Below are positions 49,247-60,155 of a stretch of DNA of 64,000 nt, one piece after another (positions within the stretch are counted from its first letter, which is position 1; every line of letters begins with the position of its first letter). Origin of the DNA: a virus. Position numbers and translations under genes: made by a program. The stretch lies in the IMG/VR virus record IMGVR_UViG_3300008261_000005. One strand, written 5' to 3'. The notes beneath the pieces were generated by a model. It worked only from the letters and a program-made list of their open reading frames with translations. It was not told the origin of the DNA and ran no database searches.

Positions 49247-52200
49247 ATGGCAACTAATCTATCATGGTTACCTGGACTAATAACGCAAGATGAAGGATCA
49301 GTTAAGTTTCTTAATGGTACTAATCTTGCGTTTACAGGAATTGAAACATTAATAGTAGACGGCCCCGTTACGAATGCGCTACATGAATTTAACACTGATA
49401 CTTTTGGTTCAGCACACTATGTAATACATGCGGAATGTGGAAGTGATCAGCGTGAGACATTAAATGTTTCAGTTGTTGCAAAATTAGGCAAAGCTTCTAT
49501 AACAGTATACGGTAGAATTAATACCGGAGTTAACTTGATAGATGTACAGGCTGATATTACAGATAGCATATTGGTATTGTACGCAACACCAGCAGTTGTT
49601 GGCTTGCAAGATATCAAAGTAACTGCATTTGCAACACTGGCTGAAGTAATTGTTGATTCATCATCCAAAGCAACTGTTTATTATTTTACAAAAGTAAACG
49701 GAACTCCTGCATTTACGATCAATACAGGTCCTTATTCCTCAGACGATGTTAAACCAGCACTGACTTTTTACAAAGGACTAACTTATAGATTTGATCAATC
49801 ATACGGAACTAATGATTTACATCCGTTAGTCATTGGCACAACTGCTGATGATGTAAACAGCATTTATGTTCCTGGAATAAGTTACTATTTGGATAACAAA
49901 AAAGTAGCCAGAGCAGACTATATTAATCCAGCATTATTTTTAGCAGCAACCAGTAGATACATAGAAATTTCAGTTGCTGATACTTATCCAGCAGCATTGT
50001 ATTATTTTAGTTCAGTAACTGCTGGACTGGGTAACGCAATTGTAGTAACAACATTGAGCGACGCTGGAAGCACTGGTGGTTCTGGCAGCGGTGGAACTGG
50101 CGGTGGCGGTGGAACAACCAGTGGAGCAGCAACGGATTTAAGTAACTTAGAACCAACTGCAATTAATGCTTCATTACTACCTGGTGTTACCAGTAGTATT
50201 GATTTGGGCAGTGCAAGTAAAAGATGGAAGGACTTATATTTAAGTGGCAACTCACTTATTTTAGGTGATGCTGTAATTACGGCAACTGGTTCAGCAGTTA
50301 ATTTACCAGCTGGATCAACAGTTAACGGAACAGTAATTGGTACTGGTGGCGGCGGCAGCGGGGGTGCAAGCGCACTTGCTGATTTAACAGATGTAACTAT
50401 TACATCGCCCACTAATGGTCAAGTATTAAAATACAATGGAGTCAACTGGTACAACGGTGCTGATGAGTCAGGCACTGGTGGCGGCACAAGTGGCAACAGT
50501 TTTAGCACTATTGAAATTGCTGGCCAAAGCGCAGTTGTTGCTGACTCTTCAGCTGACACGCTAACGCTGGTAGCTGGTCCAAATATTACTTTATCAACTA
50601 ATGCTAGCGGCGATGCAATTACAATCAGTGCCAGCAGTAGCGGAGGCGGTGGTGCCAGTGGTGTAAGTGCTGGTGTAGGCAATAGACTAGCATATTATCC
50701 AACTACTGGATCAGTCGTTGCGGATACTGGTGCTGGACTTTCTTGGAACGGTGAGTTTTTACAAATATTAGGCACACTATATGCCACTGGAGCAAAAAGT
50801 TATCTCCGTGCCAATTGGGCATCACTTAACGATTTGAATATTGAAGCCCCGGCCAACACATGGCGCGGCATGGTGGCATATGCTCAAGACACAGGCAAAT
50901 TGTATTATGCTCATTCTGGTGTTTGGAATCGATTAGCAAACTTTGCAGATATTCCCACAAGTGCAAACGCATTTGGAACCATACAAATTGATGGACAAGA
51001 TAACGTAGTAGCAGATACTACATCAGATACTATTACATTTATTGCTGGTGTTGGCATGACCATCACAACCAACGCTACCAATGACACAATTACGTTTGCA
51101 TCAAGCGGTGGTGGTGGTGGTGGTGGCATTACTACAGAAGATGCCCAAGATGCTTCAGCATCAATGTTTACCGGCGGAACACATACTGGTATTACTTTTA
51201 GTTACAACGACAATAATAACACAATCAATGCAACAGTTAATGCACAAGCTGGTATATACACCGATGAACAAGCACAAGATGCTGCGGCATTAATATTAAC
51301 TACTGGAACACATTCTGGTATTTCGTTTACATATAACGATTTGGCTAACACACTAAGTGCCACAGTTACATACCCAACAATGTACAGTGACGAAAACGCA
51401 CAAGATGCAGTGGCCCCAATGTTTGTTAGCGGATCGCATACTGGTATTTCTTATGCGTATGCTGATGCTAGTAACGTTATCAATGCAACTGTATCATCAG
51501 AATATATTCAAGATCAAGCTGCTGCATTATTCACAGCCGGCACACACTCAAATATTAGCTTTAACTATAATGATGCCAGCAATAGAATTGATGCCAGTGT
51601 ATCATTACCAGCAGCATACACTGATGAAAGTGCTGTAGATGCAGTGGGCGCGGCACTTACAAGTGGAACACACTCTGGAATTTCATTCACTTACAGTTCA
51701 ACACAAGATGCTGCTAACAGAATTGATGCTACTGTTTCTTATGCCAATGTAGTATTAACTGGCACAACAACACTACAACAATCAACTAGGGTATTAAATA
51801 ATAAAACTGGCAGTGCTGGAGTTAGTACTTTTACTGTGACAAATTCTGGTTCATCCGCATATTTAATAAACGGCGATAGTAATCCCACACTGAATTTAGT
51901 AAGAGGAGTTACTTATACCTTTAACGTTAATGCTGCTAATCATCCTTTCTGGATCAAAACTGCGCAAGTTACCGGTACTAGTAGTGCTTATTCAACAGGC
52001 GTGACCAACAATGGAGATGATGTTGGTACCATTACTTTTGCAGTGCCTCTAGATGCACCAAGTACCTTGTACTATATTTGCCAATATCATAGTGGCATGG
52101 TTGGTACGATATCTATAAGTAATGCTCCCGTAGTTGTACACGACTTTGCAACGGGTAACGAGTTTTATCATAGTGGCATGTTGTCTAATTTTACAGCTAA

Positions 52201-52438
52201 CTTTACCAACGTTCCAACAACAGGTGACCGAATCACTACAATCACAATATCCTTGCTTCAAGGAGCATCACCGTACGGAATTACAGCAATTCAAATTAAT
52301 GGAAATGCGCAGACCTTACGTTGGAAGGACAACACAGTTCCAACATACGGCGCATTGAATAGTGTTGACGTTGCAACATTCACATTGTTTAGAACGGGAG
52401 CATCTTGGATAGCAATTGGCGACGTTGTAGGCTACTAA
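49247..52438 (+). CDS. Mosaic fibre protein with tandem repeats and cupredoxin-like domain (1063 aa)
   Basis: Five ~36-aa AQDA..GTHxGIxFxY repeats, Gly-rich linkers, and HPFW..YYICQYHSGM. Confidence 0.7.
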   Translation: MATNLSWLPGLITQDEGSVKFLNGTNLAFTGIETLIVDGPVTNALHEFNTDTFGSAHYVIHAECGSDQRETLNVSVVAKLGKASITVYGRINTGVNLIDVQADITDSILVLYATPAVVGLQDIKVTAFATLAEVIVDSSSKATVYYFTKVNGTPAFTINTGPYSSDDVKPALTFYKGLTYRFDQSYGTNDLHPLVIGTTADDVNSIYVPGISYYLDNKKVARADYINPALFLAATSRYIEISVADTYPAALYYFSSVTAGLGNAIVVTTLSDAGSTGGSGSGGTGGGGGTTSGAATDLSNLEPTAINASLLPGVTSSIDLGSASKRWKDLYLSGNSLILGDAVITATGSAVNLPAGSTVNGTVIGTGGGGSGGASALADLTDVTITSPTNGQVLKYNGVNWYNGADESGTGGGTSGNSFSTIEIAGQSAVVADSSADTLTLVAGPNITLSTNASGDAITISASSSGGGGASGVSAGVGNRLAYYPTTGSVVADTGAGLSWNGEFLQILGTLYATGAKSYLRANWASLNDLNIEAPANTWRGMVAYAQDTGKLYYAHSGVWNRLANFADIPTSANAFGTIQIDGQDNVVADTTSDTITFIAGVGMTITTNATNDTITFASSGGGGGGGITTEDAQDASASMFTGGTHTGITFSYNDNNNTINATVNAQAGIYTDEQAQDAAALILTTGTHSGISFTYNDLANTLSATVTYPTMYSDENAQDAVAPMFVSGSHTGISYAYADASNVINATVSSEYIQDQAAALFTAGTHSNISFNYNDASNRIDASVSLPAAYTDESAVDAVGAALTSGTHSGISFTYSSTQDAANRIDATVSYANVVLTGTTTLQQSTRVLNNKTGSAGVSTFTVTNSGSSAYLINGDSNPTLNLVRGVTYTFNVNAANHPFWIKTAQVTGTSSAYSTGVTNNGDDVGTITFAVPLDAPSTLYYICQYHSGMVGTISISNAPVVVHDFATGNEFYHSGMLSNFTANFTNVPTTGDRITTITISLLQGASPYGITAIQINGNAQTLRWKDNTVPTYGALNSVDVATFTLFRTGASWIAIGDVVGY

Positions 52439-52460
52439 TTATGCTACTTTTAAAAAGTGG

Positions 52461-52466
52461 TAAATA
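52461..52466 (+). promoter_or_regulatory. Late promoter TAAATA
   Basis: GGTAAATA, 23 nt upstream of ATG 52490. Confidence 0.55.
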
Positions 52467-52489
52467 AGTAATAATGAGAAAATAACGTC

Positions 52490-53221
52490 ATGACCGTAGC
52501 TATACTTAAACAATTCAAGTCAGAAAGTGGTTTTATAACAGGCCCAGAAAGTAATTTTGGGGCTATTACAGCCACTCAACTTGACGTGGATAACATTAGA
52601 ATTAATGCTAATTCTATCACAGCAACAAATGCCAGCGGTAATATTAATCTCGTAACAACTGGCACAGGCTCAGTTGTAATAGATAAACTAGCGGTCAACA
52701 CAGTAAATGCATTTTCAATTGTTGGCACGTTAACAGGTAACGTTCTTGGAAATGTAACTGGTACCTTGACTGGAAATGTGACCGGCAATGTTACTGGTAA
52801 TATCATAAGTATTGGCGCAAGCGCATTCACAAACGTACAAATAACTGGCGGATCAATAAACGCAGTACCAGTCGGACAAACAACAGCATCAGCTGGTAGA
52901 TTTACCAGCCTAATCTCAACAACTGGCATAACTGGCTCAATTGGAGCTACCACTAAAAATACTGGTCAGTTTACATTTTTACAAGCCGATAATGCAATCT
53001 CAGCACTTTCTGTCTTAGAAAGCAACAGCACAACGTCTGGAGCACTAGTCGTTTCTGGTGGTGTAGGCATTGCAAAAAATGTAAATATTGGTGGAGCGTT
53101 AACAGTTAGTGAAACAGTGACCGCGGCTGAGCCAACTGTAAACTCGCATTTATCAACAAAATTTTATGTTGATAAAAAAGCTACAGTAAGTTTAGCATTC
53201 GCAGTAGCATTTGGACTATAA
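52490..53221 (+). CDS. Short fibre protein (243 aa)
   Basis: GNVTG repeats and GALVVSGGVGIAKNVNIGG. Ends in LAFAVAFGL. Confidence 0.75.
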   Translation: MTVAILKQFKSESGFITGPESNFGAITATQLDVDNIRINANSITATNASGNINLVTTGTGSVVIDKLAVNTVNAFSIVGTLTGNVLGNVTGTLTGNVTGNVTGNIISIGASAFTNVQITGGSINAVPVGQTTASAGRFTSLISTTGITGSIGATTKNTGQFTFLQADNAISALSVLESNSTTSGALVVSGGVGIAKNVNIGGALTVSETVTAAEPTVNSHLSTKFYVDKKATVSLAFAVAFGL

Positions 53222-53233
53222 ACAGGAATAATA

Positions 53234-56200
53234 ATGGCAAAGAAAAGAATACAAAATTACGTTTTTACCCCAGGGGTATCTGGGTTAAGTAATGCGTTTC
53301 CAAATGCATACTCGTTAATTAACTCTAATACTGATTTTATCATTGATGAAACAATAGAGTTTATAAACGCACAGGTTATTACAGACACCGCAGTAAATTT
53401 ACTCCCAAACGCAGTTGCACTATTAACAGCAAATAAAGAATTCTTAAAAGAAGAACTAGTTGCTTGGATTGCCGAGCAAGTTGCAACGAATCAGCCAGGA
53501 TTTGCAGGATATATCTACGATTCCGCAAAATGTAAACGTGATGTTGGATATGTAATTGACAGCTATATTTACGATTTACGTTACGGCGGAAACGAACGAA
53601 CTCGAGCAGTAGCATCTGTTTATTGGGTTGGATCAACTCCACAAATTGATGGAGACCGTTTAGCAGAAATTTACGGCCATGCAAAGCTAGCACTTATAAT
53701 TAAAGATTATGTTTTTACAAAAACAGTATATCCTACAGCACAGGCAATTGCGACTCAAGTAACATCAGGAACTGCTGGTGAAGCTGGCGCCGCTGCTAGA
53801 ATTACAACATTATCAACCATTGTAACATCAGTGATACAAAACGGGTTATCTAGTGTGCCTGCAATCAGTTATGGCACAACATTTGCCAACTATGTATATA
53901 ACGAAACATTTATTCGAAGAGACATTGATGTTTTAATTCCTTCAGTTTTATGGGATTTGCGTTACACAGGCAATAGAAATAGTAAAGAAGCAGCAGAGTT
54001 CCATTTTTGGCTTAACGGAATTCCGCAAATTAACGGTAATAGAACTCCTGAAGTTGCCATATATAATTTTATTAAGAATATAACTAATAATTATATTATT
54101 AGAAACTTGCCATATGCAAGTTTGCAAACTCCAATTGTTACCACACAAACTATCAATTCTGCATTAGTATTTGAAACTGGTGCAGATACCGCTCTTGGTG
54201 CATTATTTGATGCAATTACCACAATAATTTTAGATGGTCCATCCGCAGGCCCAGCATTGGTAAATGGTGTTGGAACAATTAACATTGGCGGAAAATGGAC
54301 TCGTGACCAGTTACTATTGATCACAAACGTTACAGATAATATAATCCTTTACAACTTTGCAGACCCAACTGCGGGTGTAACGCTAACTGAGCGTGCTCCA
54401 ACTGATCCAGACGAAGATACAGAAATTGAATATGGTACGACTCGTATCACATTGAGTGTTGACACTCAAACTATGTCAGCGAATGATTCATTACAAATTT
54501 TCGTTGAAGACTTTCAAGAATTAAGAACCAGACCATACGACTTTGGCACAGACGCCATTGAACGTAACAGAATGTCTCAAGCACAATCCATGCTTGACGC
54601 TGACTTTGAATACGGCCTACAGCCTACTAAGTGGCAAGCGTTATCATTGGCAAGGTCATATCCTAGTGTGTTTGAGATCCCAGGCACTGATACTACTGTA
54701 ACATTGGTAACAACTGATGCTTCAAGCGGCACAGGCGGTACTGGTCAATCTTTGATCACAGTAACAACAAGCGGCGCACACGGATTGCAAAACGGCGCTC
54801 CTTTTATTATTAGAGCATTGTCCACAGCAGTCACTGGTTTTTCAAGAGCAGAAGGTGTGTTTTTAGTCAACTCAACACCAAGTTCTACACAATTTACGTA
54901 TTTTGCCAAAGCAAAAGTAGGTACTCTTCCTGCAACCGAGTTGCAAGAGTCATATACATTATTGCGCAGAGGTGGATTATACACTGGTGCTGACGTTGGT
55001 ACACCTACATTTTCTGTTTTTAGCCAAGGTAGTTCAGGAACATTTTTCCCAGCATTAAACGTAGCTACTGGTTCAACAATAATTCCGTATACTGGGTCAA
55101 TACCAACCAATAACGCTCCAGTTTCCTCTTCAGGCGCTATATTAACTGGCTCAGTGATTACCTCAGTAATTGGAACAGGATCGTCAGGATCAACTGTTTA
55201 TACTGCATTATCAGGAATTAACGTTTCAGGTCTTGGAGTTGATGCTGTATTTACAGTTACTCGAACCGCAGCAGTATATGCTGTCACAGTAACAACTGCT
55301 GGAACAGGATATGCAATTAACGATCAAATCAGTATTCCTGGTACAGATTTAGATGGAACAAGTCCTAGCAATGATTGTTTGATTACGGTTGCCACAGTAG
55401 ACACTGCTGGCGAAATTCTAACAGTAACTTCTTCTGGAGATGGTATTGCCTCAGGAGTTGCTGTTACACAAACTCTTTCAGATACATCACCAGTTGGATC
55501 CTCTGTTTTAGAATTTACTGATACAACAGGAATTCAAGTAGGTCTAGCAATTGATCGTGGAGATGGCACAAGCACTGCTGTCACTAACATTGAAGGTACT
55601 ACAGTAACGTTGTCAAATCCTTTGACATCGGCATTAATAGGCGATGCCGCAGAATTTAGCAACATTGCACCAACAAGCATTATTGGAACTGGCACCGGAG
55701 TTAGGTTTGATGTCACAAGAACTGGGACACTGTATTCACCAACAGTAACATCAGGTCAACTAGGAACTGGTTACTTGGTAGGGGATACATTAACTATAGC
55801 TGGAACAGCACTCGGTGGGCTAGTATTAGTAAATGACCTAATTATCACAGTTACAACTATTGGTGTTGGTGGAACAGTTACGGGTATAACTAGTTCAGGC
55901 ATTGGCGCTGATCAACAACTTTACTCAAGCAGAGCAACAACTCGTGTTACTGGTTTAGGAACCAGTGCAGTATTTTCAGTAACAAGGGTGGGGGTTAGTT
56001 ATACAGCAGTCACCCCAACTACAGCTGGATCAGGATATGTTGTTGGTGACTTATTTGAAATTCTAGGCACTGATCTAGGCGGCACTACACCAGCTAACGA
56101 TTTGTCGTTAACGGTAGACGCAGTCAACGGATCTGGCGGAATTACTTCAGTAACATTTTCAGGTATAGCAGATCCTGGAACAGCAACATATGCTACTCCA

Positions 56201-59200
56201 GCAACTGACCCAACAGCTTTCCCAGCACTAGTTGGCACCGGCGCAACTTTTTCAGTAACGTCGGCTGGAACTGTTTATACACCGTCTATTTTAAATAGTG
56301 GTGACGCAACAAGAACTGCTAGAATTATTACAGGAACTGGCAGCGCACAAACAACGGCAACACAAACAAGATTTGGATCAGGTAGTTTGCGTATTCCAAA
56401 CTCAGTGTCACCGGCAACTGCTACTTCTTACGCAACTATTACAAGCAACACGGGCTTAGAATTTGGCACTGGAGATTTTACTATTGATTTTTGGTTCAGA
56501 ACAGACTCAATTGGCACTAATCAAACGCTGGTTGATATGAGAAATACTTCATCTGACAGTGCAGTAGTTTTAGGATTTAACTCGTCAAATAATGTATATC
56601 TATTTGTTAACGGGACAACTAGAATCACTGGTACAGACAGCGTGGCTGCAGAAACATGGCATCACTTAGAACTATCAAGGTCAAGCGGCTTTACTGAACT
56701 ATTCTTAGACGGACAAAGTCAAGGTACTTGGACTGACAGCACTACTTATGCTCTTCGACCAGCGATTATTGGTGCAGACTACCTAGGTGCTGGAGACGGA
56801 TTTCTTGGATTCATTGATGAATTTAGAATATCTAAAGGCATTGCAAGACATACAGCAGGATTTACTGTAGCAACATCACCATATACAAATGATTCAAATA
56901 CCACTGCACTATTACATTTTAATGAATCAACTGGATCAGCAGTATTTACTGATGATATTGGTGGTTATTCTTCAGGTAACCAATTTGTTATTCGTGGAAC
57001 TGAATTAGGCGGCGCAACCCCAGCTAATGATTTAACAATTACTGTTCTAACGGTAACTGCTGATAAGAAAATAGCCACTATTTCTGGCGCTGGCACTGCA
57101 CTAGATGACGACATTTATACTACATTGGCTGGAACACTATTGACTGGAAACGGAAGTGGCTTAACTCTTAATGTAAGTACTTCAGGAACTGTTTATTCAA
57201 ACGTAACAACAGGCGCTATTGGATCTGGGTATGTTGCTGGCGATAAAGTTAAAGTTGTAGGAACATTACTTGGCGGCACTGCGCCAGCGAATGACGTAAC
57301 AGTACAAATTGTAACTGTCGACGGCACCGGCGCTGTTGGTATTTTTACTGTATTATCAGGGACAGCAAGCGCAAGTTCAGCATCATACAGCTCATTAGTA
57401 CCAACTAACACAGTAACAAAGGGATCTGGTTTAACAGTAACTATTGGTAAAGCAAGCGGATCTTATACATTTAATTCAGTAGGAAGTGGCGGTGACAACT
57501 ATGTTGTTGGAAATAGATTAAAAGTATTAGGAAATGTTTTAGCTGGCGCTATTGTAACGCACGATTTAATATTAACAGTTACAGAAATTGACACAAGTGG
57601 ATCAGTAGTTGATGCTACAGTCACTGGTACAAGCGCAGGCGGACAAGCAATAGATTTCTATTCAACAGTTATTATTTCAGAACCAACAATAGCAGTGTTG
57701 AACACAATAACACCTGTAACATTTGCAGCTATTGCGGTAATTCAAGTTACGTTTCTTTCTAATCACGGTCTAGTTCCTGGAGCTGGTATTTTAGTTAATA
57801 TTACCTCAGCAGCTTTGAATCAAAATTTGGCTGCTGGACCGTTCTTCGTTGAGCAAGTACCAACCCCAACTGTTATTAGATATACTGCAAGAGCTGAAGG
57901 AAATATCAACGTTGGCGGCCTCACTGGTATTATATATACACGAACAGACACATTCTTTTCTCATAGACCGTATGACGGTGGCGTTCAATTAGGAACAGGA
58001 GGACCGCAACACGGTGCTCAAGCAATACGTATGAGTAAGAACTATATTCGTTACCAGTCAGGTAAGGGACTAATGTATACTACTGGCGCATTATTTGCTC
58101 CTAGTTATGACCTATTATTAGCAACTTCAACAGGATTGAATGTTGGAAGCATCATTACATTCACAACTGACGACGTCGATCACGGATTACAAGTTGGTGC
58201 CGATGTTAAAATTATTGGTGTTGAAACTAGCGGATATAATAACGAGTATGTTGTATCTTCCATTATAAGCGAACGTATATTTACAGTTGTTGCAACTCAA
58301 CAACTAGGTGCAACTACAGCAACGCTGACAAGTCAAGCACAAATTTCATTGTATAGATGGAATGGCGCAACTGTACGTGCTGGATGTTTTGACGATCAAA
58401 ACGGCATGTTCTGGCAATACAACGGACAAAGATTGGCTGTTACTGTGAGATCATCAACGTTCCAAGTTGCTGGCAGCGTGACAGCAACACCAAACAGCAA
58501 TGCATTAATTGGCATTAACACTAGATTTAGAGATCAGTTAAAAGCTGGTGACAAGATTGTTATTAAAGGCATGACACACACAGTAACCAGTGTGCCAAGT
58601 CAAACATCATTGTTTATGAATCCTGACTATCGTGGTGCAAACGTTGGTACTAAAATAAAATTATGTCGTGTACAAGATAGATTCTTTTATCAAGAAGACT
58701 GGAATAGAGATTCAGCAGACGGAACAGGACCAAGCGGATACCACATTGACATCACAAAGATGCAGATGATTGGTATTCAATACACTTGGTATGGTGCTGG
58801 TTTTATTGATTACATGCTACGTGGACGTGAAGGCAATTTCTTATTCGTACATCGAGTACGTAACAACAACGTTAACACAGAAGCATTTATGAGATCTGCC
58901 AACTTACCAGTGCGTTACGAAGTTGTTAACGACGGTGCATTGGCAATGTTGACAGCTGATATGACTACAACATCAACATCAATTCCTTTAGATGATACAG
59001 ACGACTTCCCCGATACTGGAACTGTGTATATTGATAATGAAATGATATCGTATACATCTAAGACAGCTACGTCATTAGGGGGTCTAACTCGGTCAGCCCC
59101 GCTAAGTAATTTCTCAGCAGGAGCTACCAGAACTTACACAGCTGGCGATGCTGCCGCCCACTCAATTAGAACTGGTGTTATATTCATAAGCAATAAAACA

Positions 59201-60103
59201 AGTCCAGTTATTAGTCACTGGGGTAGTGCTTACTTAACAGACGGTGGATTTGACACTGACCGTGGTTATTTGTTCAACTATCAAGCTACTTCTTTTATTG
59301 CAACCACAGCACGTAAAACAGCATTCTTAATTAGATTGGCTCCCAGTGTGTCTAACGCTATTGTTGGAGACTTGGGTGATAGAGAACTAATTAACAGAGC
59401 GCAGTTGCTACTACAAGGTATTGAAGTTACTGCGGGCACAGGTAGTGCTTCTGGTATCGTTCTTGAGGGGGTACTAAACCCAAGCAACTATCCAGTTAAT
59501 CCAACACTAATTGACTGGCGCTCTTTACAAAATCCGTCAGCTGGAGGTCAACCATCGTTTGCACAAGTGGCTTTGGGAACTTCTGTAACATGGAATAACT
59601 TGTTTACTGTGTCATTTGATGCCACAACAAGGACATATGGTGTTGGTAACGGATTCTACTATGCAGAATTCCTTGCAACAGAGGTTGCTAACGTACGAGT
59701 TGGTATGGTAGTAACATCTCCGACTGCTGGGGTTCAAGCAGTTATTCCAGGCGGTACAACAGTTTCTTACATCAGCGGCCTATTTAATAGAAGCGGTACA
59801 AACTATGTAACAATTTATTTTAACAAGAACTTTACTGGAAACATACCAGTTAGCTCATCATTCTCTTTCAGTTCAATTGCTGAGTATGCTGCTCCTGGAG
59901 AAACTATTTTCTCTTTCGTTGGATTGCCAAACAATCAAACAGCGTTGAGCTTGGGACAGTTGAAAGAAATTACCAATACTGCTATTGGTGGTAGAGGTGT
60001 ATATCCCAATGGTCCAGACGTATTGGCCATTAACTGTTACTTGACTGGTGGTAATCAGCAAGAAGTTTCAATTGTGTTGCGTTGGTCAGAAGCTCAGGCG
60101 TAA
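53234..60103 (+). CDS. Very large structural protein with six ~70-aa repeats and a LamG/ConA-like domain (2289 aa)
   Basis: KCKRDVGYVID..DLRYGGN helical repeats, GxGYxxGD..GTxLGGxTPAND repeats, and FGTGDFTIDFW..WHHL..GFIDEFRISKGIARH (LamG-like). Confidence 0.75.
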   Translation: MAKKRIQNYVFTPGVSGLSNAFPNAYSLINSNTDFIIDETIEFINAQVITDTAVNLLPNAVALLTANKEFLKEELVAWIAEQVATNQPGFAGYIYDSAKCKRDVGYVIDSYIYDLRYGGNERTRAVASVYWVGSTPQIDGDRLAEIYGHAKLALIIKDYVFTKTVYPTAQAIATQVTSGTAGEAGAAARITTLSTIVTSVIQNGLSSVPAISYGTTFANYVYNETFIRRDIDVLIPSVLWDLRYTGNRNSKEAAEFHFWLNGIPQINGNRTPEVAIYNFIKNITNNYIIRNLPYASLQTPIVTTQTINSALVFETGADTALGALFDAITTIILDGPSAGPALVNGVGTINIGGKWTRDQLLLITNVTDNIILYNFADPTAGVTLTERAPTDPDEDTEIEYGTTRITLSVDTQTMSANDSLQIFVEDFQELRTRPYDFGTDAIERNRMSQAQSMLDADFEYGLQPTKWQALSLARSYPSVFEIPGTDTTVTLVTTDASSGTGGTGQSLITVTTSGAHGLQNGAPFIIRALSTAVTGFSRAEGVFLVNSTPSSTQFTYFAKAKVGTLPATELQESYTLLRRGGLYTGADVGTPTFSVFSQGSSGTFFPALNVATGSTIIPYTGSIPTNNAPVSSSGAILTGSVITSVIGTGSSGSTVYTALSGINVSGLGVDAVFTVTRTAAVYAVTVTTAGTGYAINDQISIPGTDLDGTSPSNDCLITVATVDTAGEILTVTSSGDGIASGVAVTQTLSDTSPVGSSVLEFTDTTGIQVGLAIDRGDGTSTAVTNIEGTTVTLSNPLTSALIGDAAEFSNIAPTSIIGTGTGVRFDVTRTGTLYSPTVTSGQLGTGYLVGDTLTIAGTALGGLVLVNDLIITVTTIGVGGTVTGITSSGIGADQQLYSSRATTRVTGLGTSAVFSVTRVGVSYTAVTPTTAGSGYVVGDLFEILGTDLGGTTPANDLSLTVDAVNGSGGITSVTFSGIADPGTATYATPATDPTAFPALVGTGATFSVTSAGTVYTPSILNSGDATRTARIITGTGSAQTTATQTRFGSGSLRIPNSVSPATATSYATITSNTGLEFGTGDFTIDFWFRTDSIGTNQTLVDMRNTSSDSAVVLGFNSSNNVYLFVNGTTRITGTDSVAAETWHHLELSRSSGFTELFLDGQSQGTWTDSTTYALRPAIIGADYLGAGDGFLGFIDEFRISKGIARHTAGFTVATSPYTNDSNTTALLHFNESTGSAVFTDDIGGYSSGNQFVIRGTELGGATPANDLTITVLTVTADKKIATISGAGTALDDDIYTTLAGTLLTGNGSGLTLNVSTSGTVYSNVTTGAIGSGYVAGDKVKVVGTLLGGTAPANDVTVQIVTVDGTGAVGIFTVLSGTASASSASYSSLVPTNTVTKGSGLTVTIGKASGSYTFNSVGSGGDNYVVGNRLKVLGNVLAGAIVTHDLILTVTEIDTSGSVVDATVTGTSAGGQAIDFYSTVIISEPTIAVLNTITPVTFAAIAVIQVTFLSNHGLVPGAGILVNITSAALNQNLAAGPFFVEQVPTPTVIRYTARAEGNINVGGLTGIIYTRTDTFFSHRPYDGGVQLGTGGPQHGAQAIRMSKNYIRYQSGKGLMYTTGALFAPSYDLLLATSTGLNVGSIITFTTDDVDHGLQVGADVKIIGVETSGYNNEYVVSSIISERIFTVVATQQLGATTATLTSQAQISLYRWNGATVRAGCFDDQNGMFWQYNGQRLAVTVRSSTFQVAGSVTATPNSNALIGINTRFRDQLKAGDKIVIKGMTHTVTSVPSQTSLFMNPDYRGANVGTKIKLCRVQDRFFYQEDWNRDSADGTGPSGYHIDITKMQMIGIQYTWYGAGFIDYMLRGREGNFLFVHRVRNNNVNTEAFMRSANLPVRYEVVNDGALAMLTADMTTTSTSIPLDDTDDFPDTGTVYIDNEMISYTSKTATSLGGLTRSAPLSNFSAGATRTYTAGDAAAHSIRTGVIFISNKTSPVISHWGSAYLTDGGFDTDRGYLFNYQATSFIATTARKTAFLIRLAPSVSNAIVGDLGDRELINRAQLLLQGIEVTAGTGSASGIVLEGVLNPSNYPVNPTLIDWRSLQNPSAGGQPSFAQVALGTSVTWNNLFTVSFDATTRTYGVGNGFYYAEFLATEVANVRVGMVVTSPTAGVQAVIPGGTTVSYISGLFNRSGTNYVTIYFNKNFTGNIPVSSSFSFSSIAEYAAPGETIFSFVGLPNNQTALSLGQLKEITNTAIGGRGVYPNGPDVLAINCYLTGGNQQEVSIVLRWSEAQA

Positions 60104-60114
60104 TACGCAACCAC

Positions 60115-60143
60115 AAAAAAACGCTGCTTAGGCAGCGTTTTTT
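60115..60143. terminator. Bidirectional Rho-independent terminator
   Basis: AAAAAAACGCTGC-TTAG-GCAGCGTTTTTT between convergent genes. Confidence 0.88.
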
Positions 60144-60155
60144 AATGACTGAAAT

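Noticed and set aside
52474-52485. ATG-AGA-AAA-TAA minigene 7 nt after a TAAATA
   Set aside because: Too short to separate from chance in AT-rich DNA.
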